DNA of 64,000 nt from Phycisphaerae bacterium (GTDB lineage Bacteria; Planctomycetota; Phycisphaerae; UBA1845; Fen-1342). Shown here one piece after another: positions 1 through 9,224 of this stretch (position 1 is its first letter; each line of letters begins with the position of its first letter). The position numbers and the translations under genes were made by a program. The stretch covers positions 128,001 through 192,000 of the forward strand of contig CAXXWX010000019.1 of NCBI GenBank assembly GCA_963675745.2, read 5' to 3'. Under the pieces are notes generated by a model, which did not search any database, was not told the DNA's origin, and was given only the letters and a program-made list of their open reading frames with translations.

Positions 1-9
1 GCCACCGCG

Positions 10-408
10 CTATAAAGATGGCCGGACCGCGAGTGAGCGCTCGCGGCACGGCCTTAACCACCGGCTTGTTGGAGAAGATCGGCGCATGGCTGCCAGGCCG
101 AGGATAGCAGCGACGTCACCCGCGATTCAAGAACGCTCAACCCGGCCCAGCTCGCCGCAGCAACGTTGCACGGCAACGGAGCGCTGCTGGTTCTGGCGCC
201 CGGCGCGGCCGTGTCGGCTATAAAGATGGCCGGACCGCGAGTGAGCGCTCGCGGCACGGCCTTAACCACCGGCTTGTTGGAGAAGACCGATGGCTGCCAG
301 CCAGGATAGCGCGACTCACCCGCGATTCAAGAAGCTCAACCCGGCCCAGCTCGCCGCAGCAACGCACGGCAACGGAGCGCTGCTGGTTCTGGCGGGCGCG
401 GGTGTCGG
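10..408 (+). repeat. Imperfect tandem duplication (~200 bp) of the helicase upstream region and 5' end; first copy has many small indels
   Basis: CTATAAAGATGGCCGGACCGCG... starts at 10 and again at 218; both copies run to ...GCTGGTTCTGGCG..GTGTCGG; copy 1 carries extra bases. Confidence 0.85.
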
Positions 409-2332
409 AAAGACGATGACGCTGGCTCATTGCGTTGCACACCTCATTCTCAAGGGCGTCAAACCCGAACGCATCCTCCTGCTGACGTTCACCCGCAAGG
501 CGGCGAAGGAGATGATCGACCGCGTCGGGCGGATTGTCGGCCTGAGCTTGGCCAAGCGGGTCGTCGCCGGGACGTTCCACAGCGTCGGCCTGAAACTGCT
601 CCGTAAGCACGCCACTGCCGTCGGCCTCCGACGCGATTTCACTGTCATGGACCAAGCGGATGCGGCGGATCTGCTGAACCTGGTGCGGGCCGAACTGGGT
701 CACGCCGAGAGCACGACTCTCTTCCCGAAGAAGGGCACGCTCATCGCCATCTACAGCAGAGTGGTCAATGGTCAACGCCGCCTCGATGACGTGCTCAACC
801 AGCACTTTCCAGACTGTGTGCGGCACCGGGATGCCATTGCCGAGATCTTCGAAGGCTACGTCGAGCGTAAACACGCCGCCAACGTCGTTGATTTCGACGA
901 CCTGCTGCTGATGTGGCGGATGCTGGCCACCAGTCCACAAACGGGAGCCGCGGTGGCCGGACGGTTCGAGCATATCCTGGTCGACGAGTTTCAGGATACG
1001 TGCGTTTTGCAGAATGAGATCCTGGTGAACATGCAACGCCACTGCAAGAACATCTTCGCGGTCGGCGACGACCACCAGGCGATCTATCAGTTCCGCGAAG
1101 CGACAATTGAGAACATCCTGAACTTTGACAAGAGCTTTCCGGGCGCGCAGATTGTCAAGATCGAGCAGAACTACCGCTCGCACCAGCGCATCCTGGATGT
1201 CGCCAACGCCATCATGGACGTGCCTGATGAACGGTATCGCAAACAGCTCTGGTCCACGCGCAAGGATGGTCCCAGCCCCGTGCTCGTCGCCTGCGATGAT
1301 GAGAGTGAGCAGGCTACCTATGTCGTCGACCGCATTCTCGAACACCGTGAGGACGGCACGCCGCTGGCCGAGCAAGTGGTACTCTTCCGCGCGTCGTACG
1401 CCTCAAACCTGCTCGAACTGGAGCTGAGCCGCCGGGGCGTCCCTTTTGTCAAGTACGGGGGTAATCGCTTCGCCGAGGCGGCGCACGTCAAGGACCTACT
1501 CGCAACGGTGCGCATCCTGGCGAACCCGCGCGATGAAGTCTCCTGGCATCGCGTCCTGCAGCTCCTGACGGGCATCGGCCCTGGTCATGCGAAGCGGATC
1601 ATTGACGCCCTGGACATCGGCAAGGATGGCCCCTCTCCGGTGCAGCGACTCATCGATGATCCGCCTGCGGTACCGGCGGCCTCCCGTAAACAGCTCGACC
1701 AGCTGCGCAATGCACTCGCCGAGTGTTCCGGCAGCGACGACGGCGGCCCTGTCGGCCCGCAGGTCGGGCGGCTGCGGACGTTCTACACGCCGATCCTGGA
1801 ACTGAAGTACGACAACGTAGACGCCCGCCAGCGTGACCTCGATACGCTGGAGGAGGTCGCCGGTCGTTACACGTCGCGCGGCGATTTCATCAGCGAGCTG
1901 AGCCTCGACCCCATCGAGCAGGGAACCCGTCCCAACAACATCTCCGGAGATTCCAGCGACGACGTCTTGAAGCTGAGTACCGTGCACAGCTTCAAGGGCG
2001 GTGAGGCCGACATTACCTATCTCATTTCCGCCAACGATGGAATGCTGCCATCGAGCAAGGCGTTCGGCGACGCCGACGCGATGGCGGAGGAGCGCCGGAT
2101 CGCCTACGTGGCCGTGACCCGCCCGCGCCATCGACTGTACGTCTCGTACTGCGCCCGGCAGCTGAATCACAGGGAGCACCGCTATGGTGCTGCGCACCTC
2201 AGTCGCTTCCTGGTAGATGCCGCTGGGACGTGCTTTGAGAGGCAGGTTGCTCGTGCAGACGACCGTGAGGCTGATGACTCTGACGAGTGCCTCGGGTCGG
2301 TGACTGCTGATGCACGGGAATTGTGGAGATGA
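290..2332 (+). CDS. UvrD/Rep/PcrA-family SF1 ATP-dependent DNA helicase
   Basis: Motifs AGAGVGKT, LLLTFTRKAA, VDEFQD, VGDDHQAIY, QNYRS, STVHSFKG, EERRIAYVAVTR. Confidence 0.93.
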   Translation: MAASQDSATHPRFKKLNPAQLAAATHGNGALLVLAGAGVGKTMTLAHCVAHLILKGVKPERILLLTFTRKAAKEMIDRVGRIVGLSLAKRVVAGTFHSVGLKLLRKHATAVGLRRDFTVMDQADAADLLNLVRAELGHAESTTLFPKKGTLIAIYSRVVNGQRRLDDVLNQHFPDCVRHRDAIAEIFEGYVERKHAANVVDFDDLLLMWRMLATSPQTGAAVAGRFEHILVDEFQDTCVLQNEILVNMQRHCKNIFAVGDDHQAIYQFREATIENILNFDKSFPGAQIVKIEQNYRSHQRILDVANAIMDVPDERYRKQLWSTRKDGPSPVLVACDDESEQATYVVDRILEHREDGTPLAEQVVLFRASYASNLLELELSRRGVPFVKYGGNRFAEAAHVKDLLATVRILANPRDEVSWHRVLQLLTGIGPGHAKRIIDALDIGKDGPSPVQRLIDDPPAVPAASRKQLDQLRNALAECSGSDDGGPVGPQVGRLRTFYTPILELKYDNVDARQRDLDTLEEVAGRYTSRGDFISELSLDPIEQGTRPNNISGDSSDDVLKLSTVHSFKGGEADITYLISANDGMLPSSKAFGDADAMAEERRIAYVAVTRPRHRLYVSYCARQLNHREHRYGAAHLSRFLVDAAGTCFERQVARADDREADDSDECLGSVTADARELWR

Positions 2333-2414
2333 TCAACGTTCATTCGGGTAGGTCATGGCGGTCATCGCACTCCGAACTTCCGCTATCACGAGCCTGCAAC
2401 GAAGGAGTAGACCA

Positions 2415-2723
2415 ATGAGTTTCAGCAACATCCAGCCCGACAACTTGATTCTGCACGAGGATTTCGACAGGTACCTTGGCTACTACTACGACAAGACAAT
2501 ACACCCGGAGGACGTTAACGAAGTGGCGTGCCAGCTGGCCTGCGTGCTTGACAGATACGACGTGTCCGTCGCTGAGGCGGAGCAGGTCCTTGTTGAACAC
2601 AACACCGTGACGCTGACGCCAGAGACCGCCCGCCAGCTTGCGGCGGAGGTGGTCCACGTCCACAGCCACAAGAAGAGCCAAACAACGGCGCGCGGGTCGA
2701 TTTTCGGTGTGGAGGTGCACTAG
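2415..2723 (+). CDS. Hypothetical protein (weak resemblance to a PriCT-1-like helical domain)
   Basis: AAGGAG RBS before ATG 2415; operon-like spacing with next ORF. Confidence 0.6.
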   Translation: MSFSNIQPDNLILHEDFDRYLGYYYDKTIHPEDVNEVACQLACVLDRYDVSVAEAEQVLVEHNTVTLTPETARQLAAEVVHVHSHKKSQTTARGSIFGVEVH

Positions 2724-2726
2724 GAC

Positions 2727-3338
2727 ATGGAGTCTGATGCAGTACCTGACACATTGCCCGAGTGGTACGACCCGCAGGCCGCTCTGGTGCACACCATGTT
2801 GCCCAGCCTGCGTTTACTGTGCGCCATCCAACGCGAGCCGCACCGCGGTGAACACTGCCCGGGGATTTCAGCAGCACGGGATCGCGAAATGACGCGGCAC
2901 GAGCGCCCGCCCGAGTCGTGGACCAACATCGACTTCATGGTGGATTTTCTCATGGTCGGAGCGGGACTGCCTGATCGCTTTTACTACGCGTTGGGTTCAC
3001 TGGCTCGCGGTTGCTTGCCCGGTAATGCCGACCCGCCGGACTGGTACGACAACTCCACGCGGGCGTACATCCGCAGGCTCCCGCTGGACTGGGCTACCTT
3101 GGCGGCCCGCCGCGAGCAGTTCAGGGCGTGGCGCGGTCCGGCCCTGCGGTGTGCCGAACGGTGCGGTGCCGACGAGAAAACTGTGCTGGAGGTGCTCGTC
3201 GTGATCTGCTTCGCGCCAGAAGTGGCCGATGTCGAACTCGACTTCGGGTCACTGGCTTCCGAGGTCGCTGTGCGCTCGCGCGAGTCGGTGCGGCGGGATC
3301 AGGGCTATGTCGATCCTTGGGAATTGGCGCGCATCTGA
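2727..3338 (+). CDS. Hypothetical protein
   Basis: GGAGGT RBS; starts 3 bp after the previous stop; internal P(E/D)WYD motif occurs twice. Confidence 0.6.
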   Translation: MESDAVPDTLPEWYDPQAALVHTMLPSLRLLCAIQREPHRGEHCPGISAARDREMTRHERPPESWTNIDFMVDFLMVGAGLPDRFYYALGSLARGCLPGNADPPDWYDNSTRAYIRRLPLDWATLAARREQFRAWRGPALRCAERCGADEKTVLEVLVVICFAPEVADVELDFGSLASEVAVRSRESVRRDQGYVDPWELARI

Positions 3339-3402
3339 GAATCGACACGCAACGCAGCCGGTTGTTTTCGTTGCCGTTCGGAGTGACGGGTGAGCAGCGC
3401 CA

Positions 3403-3852
3403 TCATGCATAATCGCCCGGTAGCCGCGTGACGGCAAAGTCGATGACATCCCGGCGCTCTGCCACTCCGTCAGCGTCCAGGACGTCTAATCCGGCTCCAT
3501 CATCGTCGGGCGAGACGTATTGTGGCGCTTCCGATGGGGGCTGCGGTTCCTGGGGTAACCTGTTTGGTGTTGTCCAACATCCGTCGTCGTCCCTTACCCA
3601 CATCGCGCCGCTCCGGTTGGGGAGGGCCTCGGGGCCGTAGACGTAGACGAGCAGACGGGCTTCAACCACGGAGCGGTTGGCGAGGTTCGCCTCGAACATG
3701 TCCCGTGGAGTGAATGTGAGCGTGTGCGCGGGCACGCGGCATTCACGGCCGCTGAGGAAGCGGATTGTTGGCTCTGCGCCCTCGGTGAGCACCTGGCCGA
3801 GGCCATGCAGTCGAGATCGAACGTATTGCCGCTTGCGAAACGCGTATTTCAT
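3403..3852 (-). CDS. Hypothetical protein with SH3/Tudor-like N-terminus
   Basis: GGAGG RBS before ATG 3852; FRKRQYVRSRLHGLGQV...TIRF pattern. Confidence 0.5.
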   Translation of the reverse strand: MKYAFRKRQYVRSRLHGLGQVLTEGAEPTIRFLSGRECRVPAHTLTFTPRDMFEANLANRSVVEARLLVYVYGPEALPNRSGAMWVRDDDGCWTTPNRLPQEPQPPSEAPQYVSPDDDGAGLDVLDADGVAERRDVIDFAVTRLPGDYA

Positions 3853-4082
3853 GGTCTGGCCCTCCACGTCGCGTACATGACCAGATTACCAAGTGCCCAA
3901 ATAACCACCCAAAATCGCGCGTAGGTCGCGCAGCTTCCGCCGTGCCGACCCCTTGGATTGTGCGTGTATTCTCTGGGGTATGGTCTACATAGCGAACCCG
4001 GCCACCTCTCAATCGCCGTTTGCTCGCGCGGTCCATCCAGCGCGCATTCTGGAGTGGAATCAGCGCCACGCTCGACGGGTTG

Positions 4083-4160
4083 CCCGGAGATCTCAATTGC
4101 GACGGCTTGATCAACTGCGGCGATATTGATCCGTCGTTGCGCTGCTGTCCTCTTGGTAGC
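4083..4160 (+). pseudogene. Orphan dockerin-like C-terminal remnant
   Basis: Translates PGDLNCDGLINCGDIDP; restoring one base gives FVALLSSW*, matching tails at 6335-6520 and 30843-31031. Confidence 0.7.
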
Positions 4161-4262
4161 CGTCCCTGAGCAGTTCGCAAAGCGGCGGCGTTTTATTGCT
4201 GAAATCGCGTCTGGCGTGTGGGTGGACTCGGTCCGGCGCTTGTGACGCGCGCCCCCGTTCGC

Positions 4263-5280
4263 TAGAGCATTTCAGATTTTAGACTAGCGCCGGGAGCGCG
4301 CACGCGCTTATAGAAGATCGCAGCACAAGGAGGTGTTGCGATGCGAGCGTATTCGATTGACTTGCGCAAACGTGTGCTGGCGGACTGTGACGCGGGCTTG
4401 GGAACCAAGGCCGTCGCGGAGAAGTACCAGGTCAGTCCCGCGATTGTGCGGCGCTGGAAACAACGTCGGCGGGAGAATGGTGAGTTGGGGCCGCGACCCT
4501 GGAATGCGGGTCGCAAACGGATTGTCGACCGAGACGCGGTGGCGGCCGCGGTGCGGGCCCAGCCGGATGCCACGCTACGGGAACTGCGTGAAGCCCTGGG
4601 GATCAATGTCTCGCTCCAGACGATTCACAGCATCCTGCGGGAGCTGAAGATCTCCTTTAAAAAAAGTCCTCCACGCCGCGGAACAAGACCGCCCCGACGT
4701 CGCCCAGAAGCGTGCGCAATGGAAAGCGTGGCAAGTCGGACTCGACCCCCGGCGACTCGTCTTCCTCGACGAAACGTGGGCGAAAACGAACATGATTCGG
4801 CGGTATGGACGTTGTCCGACGCATCAACGCTTGGTGGATAAGACGCCCCACGGGCACTGGAAGACAACGACGTTCTTGGCGGCCTTGCGTCACGATGGCC
4901 TGACGGCGCCACTGGTGGTCGATGGGGCGATCAACGGGGCGATCTTCCTCGCATACGTGCGACAGCACTTGGCACCGACCTTGCGGACCGGCGACATCGT
5001 GATCATGGACAATTTGTCAGCCCACAAGGTGGAGGGAGTGCGTGCCGCCATCGAGGGCGTCGGGGCCCACCTGGTCTACCTGCCGCCGTACAGCCCCGAT
5101 TTGAACCCGATCGAGCAGGTCTTCGCCAAGCTACGTCGGTTGCTGCAAACCGCCCGCGAACGGACGATCAGCGCGCTCTGGCGCCGCATCGGCATCGCCA
5201 TCGATGCCTTCCCACCCCATGAGTGCACCAACTACCTCCGCCACTGTGGGTACCGCTACACAATTACTTGAAATGCTCTA
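4263..5280 (+). mobile_element. IS630-family insertion sequence, apparently complete
   Basis: Inverted ends TAGAGCATTTCA (4263) and TGAAATGCTCTA (to 5280); TA duplication in a GCTAGC target. Confidence 0.93.
4341..5271 (+). CDS. IS630 transposase, two ORFs joined by -1 frameshift
   Basis: N-terminal HTH ([12 protein letters not shown]); slippery TTTAAAAAAAG at 4656-4666; DDE residues in [29 protein letters not shown]. Confidence 0.92.
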
Positions 5281-5371
5281 GCATGAGTGATACGCCTCTG
5301 CCCCCACGGGCACCGAGGCGGGGTGCCGCGCCATGTGGGGGTGTAAGTCACAAATCGAGGAGGTTTGGGGC

Positions 5372-6520
5372 ATGCGCCGGGTTGCTACATTGGCAGGCAT
5401 GTGGGGGTTGGTGTTGGCATGCGCATCTGGAGTGCAGGCAGAAGTAGTGATTGACACCGTCACCGTCGGCAATCCGGGCAACACGCCCGACAATAGATAT
5501 CAAACGCCCGGCTGCGGCGGTGTGGGCTACGTGTACAGCATCGGGAAGTACGAGGTAACCACAGGCCAGTACGTCGAGTTTCTCAACGCTGTCGCGCAGA
5601 TCGACACCTACGGCCTGTACAACTCGAATATGAACGGGGCCGTCTATGGGTGCCAGATCACGCAGCACGGTACCAGCGGGAGTTACTGGTACGATCTGAG
5701 CGGGCGTCCGAGCGGAACGGAAGCCGATTGGGCAGGCCGTCCGGTGAATTACGTAGGTTGGGGAGACGCGGCGCGGTTTGCCAACTGGATGCATAATGGC
5801 CAGGGGGCCGGCGACACGGAGACGGGCTCGTACGACCTCAACGGTGCGATGACCAATGCCGAACTGCTTACCATCACGAGGGAACCAGGGGCTACATGGG
5901 TGATTCCTTCCGATGACGAGTGGTACAAATCAGCGTATCACAAGAACGACGGCGCAACAGGGAACTACTTCGACCATCCGACGAGCAGCAATAGCATGCC
6001 GAGCAATGACCTCGTTGAGCCAACCGATCCGGGCAACAACGCCACGTTCTACGGCGGTGACCCACCGGGCTACACTATCGGTGGTCCGTACTACCGCACG
6101 GAAGTCGGTGCCCACGAGAACTCCGAGAGTCCCTACAACACGTTAGACCAGGCCGGAAACGTCTGGGAGTGGAATGAGGCCATACTTTATGGCGCGTATC
6201 GCGGGATGCGTGGCGGCTCCATTGATAGCGGCGGCAGCAGCTTACACGCCTCGGTCGCCGGTTTCGGCGCAGCGCCGCCGTTTGAGTACGGCGCTGTCGG
6301 CTTTCGCATCGCCTTCGTCCCCGAACTCGTCATTGGCGACCTGAACTGCGACGGACGCCTGGATAACGGCGATATCGATGCATTCGTTTTCGCATTGTCG
6401 TACCCCGATCAATACCCCGATGAGTTCCCGGCTTGCGACATCGCCCTTGGCGACATCAACGGCGACGGCTGGATGAACAACGGCGATATCGACGCATTCG
6501 TGGCGCTGCTCGGCGGGTAG
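5372..6520 (+). CDS. Secreted SUMF1/FGE-sulfatase-fold protein with C-terminal dockerin-like repeat
   Basis: GAGGAGG RBS; signal peptide; GKYEVT, RPVNYV, EWYKSAY, GNVWEW, GFR; tail GDLNCDG..GDINGDG. Confidence 0.88.
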   Translation: MRRVATLAGMWGLVLACASGVQAEVVIDTVTVGNPGNTPDNRYQTPGCGGVGYVYSIGKYEVTTGQYVEFLNAVAQIDTYGLYNSNMNGAVYGCQITQHGTSGSYWYDLSGRPSGTEADWAGRPVNYVGWGDAARFANWMHNGQGAGDTETGSYDLNGAMTNAELLTITREPGATWVIPSDDEWYKSAYHKNDGATGNYFDHPTSSNSMPSNDLVEPTDPGNNATFYGGDPPGYTIGGPYYRTEVGAHENSESPYNTLDQAGNVWEWNEAILYGAYRGMRGGSIDSGGSSLHASVAGFGAAPPFEYGAVGFRIAFVPELVIGDLNCDGRLDNGDIDAFVFALSYPDQYPDEFPACDIALGDINGDGWMNNGDIDAFVALLGG

Positions 6521-6561
6521 TCGACGGTATAATGCACATCGCGAGTCGAGGAGGAAGAGGC

Positions 6562-7593
6562 ATGCGTAGAGTAGCTGTATTGGTGGGTCTGATGTTCGTG
6601 TGCGCGCACACCGTGCAGGCAGAGGTGATCATCGACACAGTCACGGTCGGCAATCTGGGCAACGCCGGGGAGCTTTCCGGCGAAGGCGCGGGTGGTTACG
6701 GCCCGGACCGCATCTGCGGGGCGGTGGATTACGTCTACAGGATCGGCACGTACGAGGTGACCGCCGGTCAGTACACCGAGTTCCTCAACGCTGTGGCGGG
6801 CACGGACACGTTTGGCTTGTACAACACGGACATGTGGTCGAACAGTTACGGTTGCAAGATCGAACGGACCGGTTCGCCGGGTAGCTACAGCTACAACGTG
6901 GAGGCCGACTGGGCGAACAGGCCAGTGAATTATGTAAGCTACTGGGACTCGTGCCGGTTTGCGAACTGGCTGCACAACGACCAGCCTACCGGCCAGCCGG
7001 GCGCGGGCACGACGGAGACGGGGGCCTACACGCTGGACGGCTACAATGGCCAAGACGGCCGGGAAATCCAGCGTAATGGCGGCTGGGATTGGGCAGTGAC
7101 GAGCGAGGATGAGTGGTACAAGGCGGCGTACCACAAGAACGACGGCGTGACGGGCAACTACTGGGACTACCCGATGGGCAGCAGCGTGGTGCCGAACAAC
7201 AGCAATCCGGGCGGCGACACGGGCAACTCGGCGAATTTCTACGACGGGGATTACGCGATCGGCGCGCCTTACTGGCGGACGAATGCGGGCTTCTTCAGCT
7301 CGTCCGACAGCTCGTACGGGACGTTCGACCAGGGCGGGAACGTGTGGGAGTGGAATGAGTCAGTTGTGATCGAGGGGTCGGGTTACTCGGAGCGCGGCCA
7401 GCGGGGCGGGTCGTTCAGACATGGCGATGGCGGTGACTACGCCCTGCGCGCGTCGGTTCGCAGCTACTACGGCGGCTATCCGTCGATCGAAAGCTTCTTC
7501 ATCGGGTTCCGTGTGTCTGAGGTTCCTGAGCCCGCAACGATTGTGATGTTGGCCTTGACTGGCGTGGAAATCCTACGAAGAAGAAGGGCGTAG
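6562..7593 (+). CDS. Secreted SUMF1/FGE-fold protein with PEP-CTERM sorting signal
   Basis: Paralog of previous gene; ends VPEPATIVMLALTGVEILRRRRA. Confidence 0.88.
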   Translation: MRRVAVLVGLMFVCAHTVQAEVIIDTVTVGNLGNAGELSGEGAGGYGPDRICGAVDYVYRIGTYEVTAGQYTEFLNAVAGTDTFGLYNTDMWSNSYGCKIERTGSPGSYSYNVEADWANRPVNYVSYWDSCRFANWLHNDQPTGQPGAGTTETGAYTLDGYNGQDGREIQRNGGWDWAVTSEDEWYKAAYHKNDGVTGNYWDYPMGSSVVPNNSNPGGDTGNSANFYDGDYAIGAPYWRTNAGFFSSSDSSYGTFDQGGNVWEWNESVVIEGSGYSERGQRGGSFRHGDGGDYALRASVRSYYGGYPSIESFFIGFRVSEVPEPATIVMLALTGVEILRRRRA

Positions 7594-7944
7594 GGATTGC
7601 ACTATATCCTCTGGACTCTCTTCGTTTCTGACAACGGCGTAGCGCGCACCGTCGCGATGAAGCACCGTTCGCCCCAGCGCTGGGACTGCAGCAGCGCCAA
7701 CCGGAATCGGTCGCGCGCCCCCAATTAGCTGGATCCACGCGAATCATCCTCAGACGCCACCAGCGAGAGCCTGAGCGCATCAGAAGCACCATCCGGGCTC
7801 GGAGCACACCTGCGGCCCGTTACGCGCCACAGGCGCGCTATGCGCGTCAGAGCACCCTTCCAGCGGCGGATCCCAACACGTTCAGCACCAATGGGCCGCC
7901 TCGCGGTGCCGCACGGCAGTATTACCCGGAATCAGCTTCTCAGA

Positions 7945-8154
7945 TCACTGGCCATCGCTGTCACCGTGCGGCGGCGAGAGCCTCATCCGAAAGCCTCCAC
8001 CGACGTGCCCGTGCTGAGCGGCGTAATGGCCGATCGGCGGCCGGAACGCCTGATACACCGCCACCGTGCTCTCGTCATACTCCCCGAGGATGCGGCGACC
8101 GCCGGCGGGCCAGGCCGCTCTCTGTTCGAGGCAGGGTTGCAGCTGCAGATTCAT
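7945..8154 (-). pseudogene. Truncated DUF4291-family protein (N-terminal part)
   Basis: LEQRAAWPAGGRRILGEYDESTVAVYQAFRPPIG resembles the DUF4291 N-terminus; similarity lost after about 55 aa. Confidence 0.6.
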
Positions 8155-8192
8155 CCTGCCCTCGCCAGCGTCCGCTCAGGTTTGCGCAGCGA

Positions 8193-9167
8193 TCAGCCGC
8201 CTCTTGTCCGAGCCACGGCGTGACGCTCGAACAGCCGCGCGGCCAGCGTGTGGACGTAGTCCCGCCCCTTTGCGGAGTTCTCCAGTCCTTCATACCAGTC
8301 GGCCGGGATCGCTTCGACGCCGTGCAGTGCCCCGGCGATCGCGCCCGTCATCGCGCCGATCGTGTCGGTGTCGCCGCCGAGCATGACGGCGTACGCGACG
8401 GCCTGCTCAAACGAGTCATGGTGCGCAAGGAACGCGTAGATTGCCGCCGGTACCGAGCCGTGGGCGCGGATGTCGTTGCCCAGATCCGCCACCACACGGT
8501 CGACTGTCGGTTCGGCGTCAAGCAGGCTGCCAATGCTCGCCAGCCTCCGGGTAAACTCGTCCGCGTCGGGGCGTACGAACGCCACCAACTGACCCAGGAA
8601 GCCGACGGGATCGAATTCGCCGAGTTGGGTGCGAACCGCAAGCGCCACGGCACACGCCTGCAACGCCGCGCCCTCCTTGCCGAGCGCGTGGGCGTGGGTG
8701 ATGGCTGCCGACCCTTCCGCCGCACGCCTGAGTTCTGCAAGGTCGTGGTGATGGAACGCGCCAACCGGGGCGACACGCATTGCGGCACCGTTGCCGAACG
8801 ATCCGTCGGGGAAGACGAGCGTCGCCGCCTGGCCCCAGGGATAGCCCTGACGTAGCGCGGCGAGGACGTGGTGCGCCCCAGCTCCGTAGCCGCGGAACGG
8901 CTCGTAGTTCTCGGCAAACCGCCGAGCCATGTCCGCGCCGTCGAACTGGCCCCTTTCGACGAGTGACTCCGTCACGCCAATCATCATCTGCGTGTCGTCG
9001 GTGTAGCGGCTCCGGCGAATCCAACCAGCCGTGTCGTCGGTGTCTGTGCCCAATCGCGCGGCCACCACCTCGTGGGGCTGGCCCTCGAAGGGCGCGCCGA
9101 GCATGTCGCCGACCATCGTGCCGAGCAGCGCACCGGCGAAGCGTGATTCCAGAGATGCGGTCGACAT
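8193..9167 (-). CDS. ADP-ribosylglycohydrolase (DraG/ARH family)
   Basis: VGDMLG, YTDDTQM, GNGAAMRVAP, ITHAH, GGDTDTIGAMTGAIAGA. Confidence 0.93.
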   Translation of the reverse strand: MSTASLESRFAGALLGTMVGDMLGAPFEGQPHEVVAARLGTDTDDTAGWIRRSRYTDDTQMMIGVTESLVERGQFDGADMARRFAENYEPFRGYGAGAHHVLAALRQGYPWGQAATLVFPDGSFGNGAAMRVAPVGAFHHHDLAELRRAAEGSAAITHAHALGKEGAALQACAVALAVRTQLGEFDPVGFLGQLVAFVRPDADEFTRRLASIGSLLDAEPTVDRVVADLGNDIRAHGSVPAAIYAFLAHHDSFEQAVAYAVMLGGDTDTIGAMTGAIAGALHGVEAIPADWYEGLENSAKGRDYVHTLAARLFERHAVARTRGG

Positions 9168-9224
9168 GTTCAGACTCCGTCCGTCATCAACCCGCCCAGC
9201 TCCGGGCACTGTCGCCGCTCGACG

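Noticed and set aside
10..217. Biological duplication of the helicase promoter
   Set aside because: Indel-rich copy at the window edge is more likely an assembly artefact
5372..7593. FGE/C-type-lectin-fold genes as diversity-generating retroelement targets
   Set aside because: No reverse transcriptase and no template repeat with adenine-specific mismatches seen in the window
5372..7593. True formylglycine-generating enzymes
   Set aside because: The catalytic Cys pair after RGGS is absent; only the fold is supported
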